Below the pieces are notes generated by a model. It was not told the origin of the DNA. It did no database searches and was given only the letters and a program-made list of their open reading frames with translations. A program made the translations under genes and the position numbers. Positions 49,672 through 59,269 of a stretch of DNA of 62,807 nt are shown here, piece after piece. The stretch lies in contig JAHQWH010000011.1 of the NCBI GenBank assembly GCA_029856105.1, forward strand, positions 1 to 62,807. Direction: 5' to 3'. Numbering within the stretch: position 1 is the stretch's first letter; every line of letters begins with the position of its first letter. Source of the DNA: Promethearchaeia archaeon (GTDB lineage: Archaea > Asgardarchaeota > Lokiarchaeia > Sigyniarchaeales > SOKP01).

Positions 49672-51369
49672 ATGTCAGACGAAGAAAACTATAATAAGCA
49701 AGTAAAAGAAGATAAAGTAGGGAATTTATTAGGGAAAACCACTACACACTCGGTACAAGTACAATTTTCTGACCCAACAATCGAGCGAAATTCTTATTTT
49801 GTAATTTATGGAGAGAAGGACGAAGAAGGAATAAGAACTTACTATGTGCTAAATATTGAGAAGTTATGGAGCGAATCAAAAGGGATGCTTGCGGATCTGA
49901 AGGTATGTGGAGATAGACCGAAGAGACCGTTTGAAATAGGTTCAGAAGTTTATCGCGCATCTGAAATTCAAATTACTAAATTATTAGGAATTTATAACGC
50001 ACCCGAAGAATCCGTCTCTCTTGGGAAGTTGATAGGCTATCCATTTGACGTTAACTTATTAGTGAAAAATTTTGGAAGAATATTCATTACAGGGAAGTCT
50101 GGTAGCGGAAAGTCGTATACGATGGGTGTACTGTGCGAGGAGTTTATGAAAAAGGGTATTCCACTCGTTATTTTAGACAGGCACGGTGAATACGGGAGCT
50201 TGAAAGTACTTGCGGGAGAAAGTGAAGATAGTGAAGGAGTTAAAAAAGAGAGCGAATTTGTGAATAGTATCATCGAATATTCTGATTTAAGCGTTAACAA
50301 AGGAGGAGATATCGATGTAGAATATCTATTTTCGTTAGATCCCACTGATATTGTTGCTCCGCATCTATGTACAATTATCAATATGAGAGGTATGGATTTA
50401 AACGTACAAGAAATGGTTGCTAGTAAGCTACTCAAAAAATTATATCAGGCAAGTACGGGTAGAAGAATTCCTCCGTTTTACTTACTACTTGACGAGGCTC
50501 ATTTGTTTGCTGGAAAAAAACAAACAGAAACGTGTGAAATTGTAAAACTGTTCTCACAAGAAGGTCGTAAATTCGGTGCAAATTTAATCATCGGTACTCA
50601 AAGACCTCAATTGTTAGATACAACTATTCGCGCTCAAGCTGGTACTTGGGTGGTTCATAACCTCACTGATATACGAGATATTGATGTTACTATTTCGAGC
50701 GCAGAAGATTTAACTCGAAGTAATAAAACGGATATTCAAGGGTTAGATAAAGGCGAAGGAATTATTTGTGGAGAAGCAATAAAAGGCATACCCCTATTCG
50801 TAAAAGTACGTAAAAGACTTACTGCTCATGGAGGGGTTGGTTTCAACCCACTAGACTTCCTTCCAAAACAAACTATAGAAGGGTTACAAAAACGGAAGCA
50901 AGAAATTTTAGGAGAAAAAACCGCTAACGAATTAGAAACGGGGAAAAGTATTTTTGAAGAAATTACCGCTCCTAAAACTTCAGCAGAATACCTAGATCAG
51001 ATTGGCTTCTTAAAAGTAAGAATTAAAGAGTTAGAAGAAGAAGTAGAAATTTTAAAAGGAAGAATATTAGATGTTGAAGAAGTAAAAGGAGGTCAATTAT
51101 CTGTTAGTCAAATTACAGATAATGATGATGTTGAGGAACTCCAAACAGAAATAAAAATATGGAAAGAAAAGTATAATTACCTTAAGGAATCCATTGAAAA
51201 TCCAGATGCGGTGATATCTTCAGGTGAGGGAAGCGGTGAACTAATTCTCGAACTTCAGAACAAAACTATAGAATTACAAGCTAATGTTCAGAAGTATAGG
51301 TCTCAATATACCGACGCCTTACTCTTGGCCGAAAAAGCTATCAAGGAGTTAAAGAAGCGAAAAAAGTAA
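49672..51369 (+). CDS. HerA/FtsK-family (DUF87) ATPase with C-terminal coiled coil
   Basis: GKSGSGKSY, LDRHGEY, LDEAH, EGRKFG, TQRP; N-terminal HAS-barrel-like region; heptad-rich tail. Confidence 0.85.
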   Translation: MSDEENYNKQVKEDKVGNLLGKTTTHSVQVQFSDPTIERNSYFVIYGEKDEEGIRTYYVLNIEKLWSESKGMLADLKVCGDRPKRPFEIGSEVYRASEIQITKLLGIYNAPEESVSLGKLIGYPFDVNLLVKNFGRIFITGKSGSGKSYTMGVLCEEFMKKGIPLVILDRHGEYGSLKVLAGESEDSEGVKKESEFVNSIIEYSDLSVNKGGDIDVEYLFSLDPTDIVAPHLCTIINMRGMDLNVQEMVASKLLKKLYQASTGRRIPPFYLLLDEAHLFAGKKQTETCEIVKLFSQEGRKFGANLIIGTQRPQLLDTTIRAQAGTWVVHNLTDIRDIDVTISSAEDLTRSNKTDIQGLDKGEGIICGEAIKGIPLFVKVRKRLTAHGGVGFNPLDFLPKQTIEGLQKRKQEILGEKTANELETGKSIFEEITAPKTSAEYLDQIGFLKVRIKELEEEVEILKGRILDVEEVKGGQLSVSQITDNDDVEELQTEIKIWKEKYNYLKESIENPDAVISSGEGSGELILELQNKTIELQANVQKYRSQYTDALLLAEKAIKELKKRKK

Positions 51370-51578
51370 TTTTTAATAATATTTTCTTCTTGTTTTGATT
51401 TTAAAATTCTTAAAATATTTTCTATTTTTTAAAAATTCATAGATTATTCACTCGAAGGAGCAGTAAATCATTATCGATTTTTAAGTTATCAGATTTTATA
51501 AGTTATAAAAATAACTGAAACTTATTATTAGTTATACGCTTATTTAAGTTAAAATTAAATTAACAATGAAGATTAATC

Positions 51579-52646
51579 ATGAATATCGAGAGCATAAAAG
51601 TTCTTCAAAAAGAATTATCTTCGCTTATCGGAGTTTCTGGCTATGAAGATGACGTAAGTGATTTTCTTTTAAAAAAGATAGAGAAAGAAAACTTAGCTGA
51701 CAAAGTCTGGAAAGATAGTTTGGGTAATATCCTAGCTGTAAAAGAGGGTATTGATGGGAATAACAGAATTTTATTGGATGCACATACTGATGAGATTGGA
51801 TTTATGATTTCTCACATCGAAAATAAAGGTTTCTTACGATTTGTTCCAATTGGGGGTTGGGATAAGAGAATTTTATTAGGACAATCAGTAGTGATACGGT
51901 CTGGACCAGGAAAAATCCATCGTGGCATTATTGGATCGAAACCACCACACCTTACCTCTTTAAACGAGAGAAAAAAGATTATAGAAATTTCAGATATGTA
52001 TATTGATGTCGGGATGAGTTCAAAAGAGGAGGTAGTTAAAAATAATATTGTTATAGGAACTACCGGTACGCTTTTCTCTCCTTATGTAGAGTTCCCAAAT
52101 AATATGGTTCGTGGTAAAGCATTCGACGATCGCACTGGTTGTAATGTACTCCTTCACATCATGAAATTGTTAAAAGAAGGAGCGCCTGTTAAAGATACTT
52201 TGCTTTTTAATTTTGCAGTGCAAGAAGAAGTAGGCGGTAGAGGTGCGATTACAGGAGCGTTTACCCTTAAACCAACAGTTGCTATTGCCATAGAAAACAC
52301 TACTGCTGCAGATGTTCCAGGTATTAATGAAGCAGAAATTCCAGCTTACGTAGGAAAAGGCCCAGCAATTACAGTAGCAGATAAGTCAATAATTTCTAGT
52401 CCTAAAGTTAACGAAAGACTCGTTAAAAATGCTGAACTCGACAAAATTCCCTATCAAATTAAGAAACCTATGTATGGCGGGACTGATGCAGGTAAGATTC
52501 ATATTTCCCGAGAAGGTGTTCCAAGTTCAGTTGTATCTGTTCCTTGTAGATATATACATTCTCCCACTTCTTTGCTAAAATTAGAGGATATTCTTAATAC
52601 AATTCGTTTAATTGATGCATTTATTCGAAATTCTGCTAATATTTAG
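51579..52646 (+). CDS. M42 (TET) aminopeptidase
   Basis: AHTDEIG, GKAFDDR, QEEVG, GGTDAG, PCRYIHS. Confidence 0.92.
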   Translation: MNIESIKVLQKELSSLIGVSGYEDDVSDFLLKKIEKENLADKVWKDSLGNILAVKEGIDGNNRILLDAHTDEIGFMISHIENKGFLRFVPIGGWDKRILLGQSVVIRSGPGKIHRGIIGSKPPHLTSLNERKKIIEISDMYIDVGMSSKEEVVKNNIVIGTTGTLFSPYVEFPNNMVRGKAFDDRTGCNVLLHIMKLLKEGAPVKDTLLFNFAVQEEVGGRGAITGAFTLKPTVAIAIENTTAADVPGINEAEIPAYVGKGPAITVADKSIISSPKVNERLVKNAELDKIPYQIKKPMYGGTDAGKIHISREGVPSSVVSVPCRYIHSPTSLLKLEDILNTIRLIDAFIRNSANI

Positions 52647-52688
52647 AATAAAGAAATAAAAAAAAGAAAATAAAAGATTTAATAATTT

Positions 52689-53972
52689 TTATCTTTGTTT
52701 TGGTGGTTTAATTAAGTACGCTATGATTGCTGAGCCAACTGACATTATTCCCATTACAATAAACAATATCAAGTAGCCCCCAAAAATAGTAACAAATAAG
52801 TTCACACCAACAGCACCAATAAATCCTGCGACACCATACGCGGTAAAGATAATTCCATAATTAGGACCTAAATTCTCTGAGCCAAACAAATCAGCAGTAG
52901 CAGTAGGGAATAAACTGAAATTACCTCCGAAGCAGAAATATATTGCACATGTTATTGTTAGGAAATATATCTCATTTATGTTCGTTGTGAAGTAGGTAAA
53001 CATAAGAATCGCTTGAATTGTAAACATTATCAACATGGATTTTTTGTAGGTTATAAAATCAGCTAATTGTCCCCATACAATCCTTCCTAAACCATTAAAT
53101 AACGCTGCTAGGCTCCCAATGAGAACAAAATCGGCAGTTCCAATGACATAAATAAATTCTCCTGCATCCACTGATTTAGCAAAAGCTGCATATGAACCAA
53201 TAATCATCAATCCAGATATGGCACTGAAAACAAAAGCAACCCATAGCATCCAAAACTGTGGTAGTTTAATTGTTTCGTTTCTTTTAAAATCTAATCCCGA
53301 TATTCCACTTTCTTCTGAAGGTGGTGGTGGGGCCCAACCCATTGGTTTCCAACCTTCAGGTGGATTACTCAAGGCCATGGCACCACCAATAATCAGTATT
53401 ACATAAATAATTCCTAATACGGTAAACATTAGGGGAATATTTTGCGAAACCGTAGAAACAAAATTAGGATCCGTTGTTTCTAAATTAGCAGGATTTGCTA
53501 GTGCTTTTATAACGTAGTTAAAGATAAAAGAACCCGCACCAAAACCTGCAACAGCTATGCCATTAATAAATCCTTTTTTATCTGGAAACCATTTCCCAGC
53601 GGAAGCAATTGGACAAACGTATCCAAAACCAATTCCTGCTCCAAAAATAATACCATAGGTGATTAATAATCCTATAAATGTTGTCATGAAGGCAGATGCA
53701 ATAACACCAATTCCAAGCAAAATGCCGCCTAATATTGCGATGTTTCTCGGACCATATTTCTGTTGCAGTTTTCCAGCAAAAATCATGGTAATAGCAAAAG
53801 ATAATAACCCTACACCAAAGATATAAACAGTTACCTCTCGGACTTCATTAATATATGGACTCACGAATATTGTCATGGTACCCCACGAATATATTGTCCC
53901 TAGAGCAAGTTGTATCAAGATTGCACCAATTACAACAATCCAACGATTTCTTACTTTTTGTTCTTCTGACAT
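52689..53972 (-). CDS. MFS transporter, oxalate/formate antiporter (OFA) family
   Basis: KWFPDKKGFINGIAVAGFGAGS, NGLGRIVWG, GGNFSLFP, GPNYG. Confidence 0.88.
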   Translation of the reverse strand: MSEEQKVRNRWIVVIGAILIQLALGTIYSWGTMTIFVSPYINEVREVTVYIFGVGLLSFAITMIFAGKLQQKYGPRNIAILGGILLGIGVIASAFMTTFIGLLITYGIIFGAGIGFGYVCPIASAGKWFPDKKGFINGIAVAGFGAGSFIFNYVIKALANPANLETTDPNFVSTVSQNIPLMFTVLGIIYVILIIGGAMALSNPPEGWKPMGWAPPPPSEESGISGLDFKRNETIKLPQFWMLWVAFVFSAISGLMIIGSYAAFAKSVDAGEFIYVIGTADFVLIGSLAALFNGLGRIVWGQLADFITYKKSMLIMFTIQAILMFTYFTTNINEIYFLTITCAIYFCFGGNFSLFPTATADLFGSENLGPNYGIIFTAYGVAGFIGAVGVNLFVTIFGGYLILFIVMGIMSVGSAIIAYLIKPPKQR

Positions 53973-54122
53973 GATTTAAATTTCCATGTATTTTTTTAAT
54001 TAAAAATATTCTTTTAAGATTAAAAACCTTTCAATAATAATTTATTGATTGATTATTTTCGGAGATTTTACATCAGTTATAAGAAGGATCATTCAAGCAT
54101 AGTGTTTCATCAAATAGGAAAC

Positions 54123-54572
54123 CTACTTCTTCTTCTTTTTTTGTTGCTTGATGAGATAATATACCAAAGCACCCAATAGTGCCCAAAACAAGATCCATGT
54201 TATCCAAGCTAACGTCCTATCAAGACGGGGAATGCCAAACACGAAAGAAAAGCATGCTGCATATTCTAAGATGATATATGGAACATGTGTGCTCGGTTTT
54301 GATCGAAAATCATATTGGAATACACTATCAAGTAAGAATTCTGCTATTAAATATGCAAGGATTAGAATGAGGAAAACAATAAATATCAGCTCTCTTCCAA
54401 TAATAATATAATTAATCAAAATTGCGATGATTGGAAGCATCAGAATTGCAAGAATCACCCCAAATATTTTAATGGTCTTAAATTTCTCATTTGCCATCAA
54501 TAGGATTGCACTAATCATTGAAATGAAAAAAATAAAGCTTGATATGATAAACATCCAATCAAATAACTCCAT
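54123..54572 (-). CDS. Hypothetical membrane protein
   Basis: About 5 hydrophobic segments and a basic tail. Confidence 0.6.
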   Translation of the reverse strand: MELFDWMFIISSFIFFISMISAILLMANEKFKTIKIFGVILAILMLPIIAILINYIIIGRELIFIVFLILILAYLIAEFLLDSVFQYDFRSKPSTHVPYIILEYAACFSFVFGIPRLDRTLAWITWILFWALLGALVYYLIKQQKKKKK

Positions 54573-54723
54573 AGTTATAACCAAATTTAGTAGAATTAAA
54601 GTATTAATATGTGATTTCTATATACTCCAATGCATCATCTTATTTAAATATGTGATGTCTATATAATGGAATAAGAGGATAATTAAATTCATTTTAAATA
54701 GCATGAAATAAAATACTATATTT

Positions 54724-56421
54724 ATGAATAAATTAAATCTATCAAAAAAAAGGATTGTATTAATTTGCATTTTTCTCGCTATTTTTACAGTCGGAACGGT
54801 TTTTATTTTTATAACGCCTCTTAGCGTAAAAAGTACTTATGGTTTATCAACTCAAACGAGCGATGGCGTAACTATTTCCTTTAATGTTTTCGAACCTCTG
54901 GACGGGGGATTGAATAAACCAGCTATTATAATTGGGCATGGCTCTATGGTTAATAAAGAAATGGTAAAAGGCTACGCCTTAGAACTGGCGGCAGCAGGTT
55001 TTGTTGCGGTACCCTTTGATTTCAGAGGGCATGGTCAAAGTACTACGGGTGATTCTAATTTAATGATTAACGATGTTATTGCTATTAAAGAATATCTACA
55101 AACTAGGGGAGATATTGACATAAACTCATTAGGATATATCGGGTATAGTATGGGAGGATTAGGACAAGAGGTAATTCACAACGATACGGCATTTAAGTGT
55201 TTTATTGGAATTGGAACGTGGTTATATCCCGATCTAAGAAGAGGTAATTCAACCAATCCATTAAATGTACTAATGATCCAAGCTTTATTTGACGAGGCTG
55301 TTGAACTTCCGTATCTAAAGGAGAGTTTGGCAACGCGCGTGGGTATTGATATTTCAAATGTGGATTCAAACAAATTATACGGATCATTCCAACAAGGAAA
55401 CGCTTCTATGATTTACTTAGATGATAATAGTAATCACCTTACAGTCGCCTGGGATGAAGACTTCATTCGTGAAGCAAGAGATTGGGCTATAAATTCGTTT
55501 GATATCGATGTAGTAGATGAAACCTTTTATGTAAATGTAAGAGCACTGATATTACTAGTGCAAGTGATTGGTGGCATTGGATTTTTCTTATTAATAGTTG
55601 ACCCATTATCTAATTTGATTTTACAGTCTAAAAACGAGAGAGAAAACGGAGCAGAAATAAAACGCTATAAAATTGATGCATCAGATTATTCAATCAAAAG
55701 CTTATCGGTTAAGTCAATTTTATATTCACTGCTACTTGGTATTCCAGGATTAATAATTTTTATACCAATTTTACTAATTTTACCTTTAGCCATACCCGGA
55801 TTCGTTGTTGCTTTGTTATTTGGCCAAGCATTTGGATTAATGGTTCTATTATGGAGAATAGGGAAGAAAGATAATTTATCTTTTAAAGATATACTTAAAG
55901 AACCTTTTAATGGAAGAAATAGATTTCTCAGGCAATTAGCATTAGGAGTAATTTTAGCAACGTTATTATACCTTATCTCATATTTATCAATAGGGTTAAA
56001 CTATTTAGGATTGTTTCCTTCCATAACTAAAATCTGGACGATGCCAATCTACTTCGTCATCAGTTTTTTCGTAATCCTAATTCTTAATTTAATGACTCAA
56101 GTGATAATTCAAAACAGGTTCGGTGACTCTATTAGTAATACTATTAAAATACTATTTTTGGGTTTTATCCTTCCATTTCTGTATTATTTTGTATATCTGT
56201 TACTTATCGGTGTGGTTATGAGAAGTTTATTTTACTTTGGAACTTTTATCCCGATCTCGTTAGTGATGTTTACTCTAACATCTGCGGTATCCATAATAAC
56301 CTATAGAAAGACCGGAAATATCACTACAGGGGCCGTAATAAACGCAGTTATACTGACTTTTCTGATTGTAACTTTATCTACGCCACAAAGTGGTTTTGAG
56401 TTCTTAACAGGCTTTTTTTAA
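54724..56421 (+). CDS. Alpha/beta hydrolase fused to a multi-TM C-terminal domain
   Basis: IIIGHG, FDFRGHGQS, GYSMGG, SNH; about 8 C-terminal TM helices. Confidence 0.8.
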   Translation: MNKLNLSKKRIVLICIFLAIFTVGTVFIFITPLSVKSTYGLSTQTSDGVTISFNVFEPLDGGLNKPAIIIGHGSMVNKEMVKGYALELAAAGFVAVPFDFRGHGQSTTGDSNLMINDVIAIKEYLQTRGDIDINSLGYIGYSMGGLGQEVIHNDTAFKCFIGIGTWLYPDLRRGNSTNPLNVLMIQALFDEAVELPYLKESLATRVGIDISNVDSNKLYGSFQQGNASMIYLDDNSNHLTVAWDEDFIREARDWAINSFDIDVVDETFYVNVRALILLVQVIGGIGFFLLIVDPLSNLILQSKNERENGAEIKRYKIDASDYSIKSLSVKSILYSLLLGIPGLIIFIPILLILPLAIPGFVVALLFGQAFGLMVLLWRIGKKDNLSFKDILKEPFNGRNRFLRQLALGVILATLLYLISYLSIGLNYLGLFPSITKIWTMPIYFVISFFVILILNLMTQVIIQNRFGDSISNTIKILFLGFILPFLYYFVYLLLIGVVMRSLFYFGTFIPISLVMFTLTSAVSIITYRKTGNITTGAVINAVILTFLIVTLSTPQSGFEFLTGFF

Positions 56422-56597
56422 ATTTCTAACTAACATTTTTTTTTATTTCTTATATCAATAAATACTTTAAAATTGCTAGCCTAGATTATTGATTTAAAAC
56501 GAATGATAAAGCTAAAAATCTTATAAATTATTATTAATATAATTAATAAAACTGGAAAGTAAATGTTGCATTAATAAATAAAAAATCGTTGAGTTGT

Positions 56598-56963
56598 ATG
56601 TCGTCTATCAAAGGATTTTTATGGAGTTTTGTCTTTTTGCTAACTTTTGGAATTTACGGTTCAATTCCAACTTATTTAATATTTTCTTATTGGGAATGGC
56701 TAAACGCACTACGGTATGCTGGACAACCCATTTATACTCTTTCTTTATTCGTATTATTTTTATGGATCGTTTCTCTGCTAGTAACTCTAATTTATATTGT
56801 GGCTACGATTCGCTCAATTGTTCAAAGGAAGAACGAGAATTTAGGTATTCCTAAAGGTGTGAAGGGTTTTGGGCTTGTTTCAACTATAGTTGTTGTCGTT
56901 TTTATGGTAGTATGGTACTTGCTTTTTAATCAAGTCGCGTTTTTCTCAATGATAGCACCATAA
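56598..56963 (+). CDS. Small 3-TM membrane protein (intact copy)
   Basis: Hydrophobic ORF; degraded second copy at 58878-59226. Confidence 0.7.
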   Translation: MSSIKGFLWSFVFLLTFGIYGSIPTYLIFSYWEWLNALRYAGQPIYTLSLFVLFLWIVSLLVTLIYIVATIRSIVQRKNENLGIPKGVKGFGLVSTIVVVVFMVVWYLLFNQVAFFSMIAP

Positions 56964-57066
56964 AAAGAAGGAATAATGTTAAAATTTTTAAATTCAATTA
57001 AAGGCGTTTACAGGTTTATTGGATAATTACTAAAATCTTTAGTAGCTTCAACCATCCAACGCAAAT
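56614..57066 (+). repeat. ~450-bp diverged direct repeat, copy 1 (copy 2 at 58878-59328)
   Basis: Covers the membrane gene, the intergenic region and the last ~19 codons of the URO-D-family gene (57008-57066). Confidence 0.92.
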
Positions 57067-57068
57067 AT

Positions 57069-57350
57069 TACGCAGAGACTTTGCGTAACTTTAACCCTGG
57101 AAAAACAATTTTAAAAATGGATGAAGAGAATAAATCATGTAGAAAAACTGGTCAGGGTTTTTACAACTGGAAAGATAATTTAACGCCTAAGCGAAGACCA
57201 AAAATTAATAAGTCTCAAAAAGCGGGTCTTTTTAACATAGAGGATAATATGGAGATAATGTCAAATGATGGATGTCGATTATTGGAAGAAGGAGTAGTCA
57301 CTTGATTTAAGGTTATTGACGAGGCAAACAGGCAAACATGGCGGGAATGA
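57069..57350 (+). pseudogene. Fragment of 3-hydroxyacyl-CoA dehydrogenase C-terminal domain
   Basis: RKTGQGFYNW..RPKI..NDGCRLLEEGVV*FKVIDEA. Confidence 0.6.
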
Positions 57351-57369
57351 TTATTTAAATTTTTTAATA

Positions 57370-57640
57370 CTTAAGTTTACAAGCTAACAACTTTTTTTAA
57401 AATTTTCTTAAGTCTTCTTTAATTACATATCCGACATTATTTTAAGTAGTGCATTATACGCCATTACAGTAGATTCAGGTTTTTGTTGTAGAGGAAATCT
57501 ATTAAATCTTAACTTAATCGAATTTAAATAACACATTTTTACATCCCCCTACTTTTTTACTCCAAAGTCTTGTAATTCATTAATGTCGGTAGTCATATTA
57601 TGAAAAAATAACTTTTTATTGATTAACTTGTAAACTTAAG
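57370..57640. repeat. 271-bp segment bounded by a perfect 14-bp inverted repeat (unit 1)
   Basis: cttaagtttacaag (57370-83) and cttgtaaacttaag (57627-40); TATCCGACAT at offset +58. Confidence 0.7.
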
Positions 57641-57654
57641 AATAGAATAAATTT

Positions 57655-57923
57655 CTTGAGTTTACAAGAAAAATTTCTATCACTATTTTTAAATTTATCT
57701 GTAAAAATCTATTATCCGACATAAATAAAATTGTTTTGCTTGTTTGATTTGTAAATATAGAATTTCAAAAACTTTAAATTACGTGAAAAAATGTGTTTTA
57801 TCAAGCTACTAACAAAATTCTTAAATGTGGTCCCTAATTATTTAAAAAATCCTTTCGAAATCATCGACTAAAACCTTTTGAGAGATGTAGAATATTTCAT
57901 TTATATGTTCTTGTAAAGTCAAG
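57655..57923. repeat. 269-bp segment bounded by an inverted repeat (unit 2)
   Basis: atttcttgagtttacaagaa (57651-70) and ttcttgtaaagtcaagaaat (57908-27), 19/20; TATCCGACAT at offset +58. Confidence 0.7.
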
Positions 57924-58024
57924 AAATACAAAAATTTCGAATTTAACTAATTTTTTAGATTTTCAAATTTAAATAAAAATCGAAAATAAAATTAAAAATT
58001 ACAAACGAAGGTTGATATTGGAAA

Positions 58025-58819
58025 ATGGACAAGCTTTTAGATTCTTCAAAAAAGTCTTTTGGTGATTGGGGCACAGCACTTTCTACAAACGATTTAATGC
58101 TTAATATAAGGAAAAATCTCTCGGATAATGGTTTTCAAAAAGGTAATTCAAGACTGGTTTTCAGCGTTTGTCCGGACGATGTTAATAGGTTGGAAGAAAT
58201 AGATACAGTTGAAAATTCAATTACAAAAAAATACAATGGTGAATTCCATTTGGGTGGTTTAGGAGCATACCCAATGGGTGGTGTATCTGGAATAATTGCG
58301 GCGAGTCATCACCCCCCTGAGGATACGATGGGTGACGATCATAAACATGGCAATCTTATCTTTTTCGTTAGTCCACACATGGGAATTGCAATTGACGATG
58401 CAGGCAACGAACTCTATGGTAAGATACTAAGACCGGGTCAAACTAAGCTTACTAATTCTTGTGGTGCTATGATGGGCTTTTTAGTGGCTTTAAAAGAGTG
58501 TGGAAGCCCAGAAGCTTTTACAATTGCTGCAGATACGACAAATACCGATCCTACGAGAATAGCTCTCCATTACGAGTTGATTAACAATTATTCCGATCGC
58601 TTGAAAGCAATCCTCTCCGTTGAGAACAGTAATCAGCAAGTTGTTGACTTGTTTAAACTAAATTACGATGTTGTTATGAATAAAATAAATCAAATGATTA
58701 ACATATTTTTAGAGAAAGAAAAAGAACACTTTAAAGGAAAAATTGCGTTAATTGGAGGCATAATTATAAATGTTCCTGGTGGAGATCGCTTCGTGCTAAA
58801 AGAAATATCTTACCCTTAA
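58025..58819 (+). CDS. LCIB/LCIC-family beta-type carbonic anhydrase
   Basis: SVCPDDVN, FHLGGLGAYPMGGVSG..ASHHP, GNLIFFVSPHMGI, RPGQ..NSCGA (Cys/His/Cys Zn ligands), LIGGIIIN. Confidence 0.75.
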   Translation: MDKLLDSSKKSFGDWGTALSTNDLMLNIRKNLSDNGFQKGNSRLVFSVCPDDVNRLEEIDTVENSITKKYNGEFHLGGLGAYPMGGVSGIIAASHHPPEDTMGDDHKHGNLIFFVSPHMGIAIDDAGNELYGKILRPGQTKLTNSCGAMMGFLVALKECGSPEAFTIAADTTNTDPTRIALHYELINNYSDRLKAILSVENSNQQVVDLFKLNYDVVMNKINQMINIFLEKEKEHFKGKIALIGGIIINVPGGDRFVLKEISYP

Positions 58820-58877
58820 TAATTAATTTTTTTTTTATGTCTATGTCTTATGTTTTATGTTCTTTACTTAAAGTTTA

Positions 58878-59226
58878 GATTTTTATGAAGTTTTGTCTTT
58901 TTGTTAACTTTTGGGATTTAGGGTTCAATTCCAACTTATGTCATAGTTTCTTATTGGGGATGACTGAAGCACTACGGTTTGCTGGAGAGTCTATTTATAC
59001 TCTTTCTTTATTTGTATTATTTTTATGGATCGTTTCTCTGCTTGTTGCTCTAATTTATATTGTGGTTACGATTCGCGCAATTGTCCAAAGAAAAAGCGAA
59101 GATTTAGGCATTTCTAAAGGTGTGAAAGGTTTTGGGCTAGTTTCAACTATTGTTGTTGTCGTTTTTATGGTAGTATGGTACTTGCTTTTTAATCAAGTCG
59201 CGTTTTTCTCAATGATAGCACCATAA
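58878..59226 (+). pseudogene. Degraded duplicate of the 56598-56963 membrane gene
   Basis: In the parental frame: TGG>TGA, TAC>TAG, TGG>TGA and a 1-nt deletion. The listed 58885 ORF is an out-of-frame 5' end joined to the true 3' end. Confidence 0.85.
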
Positions 59227-59269
59227 AAAGAAGGAGTAATATTAAATTTTTAAATTCAATTAAAGGCGT

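Noticed and set aside
58885-59226. 113-aa ORF as a functional gene
   Set aside because: Chimeric frame produced by a 1-nt deletion in a nonsense-riddled duplicate.
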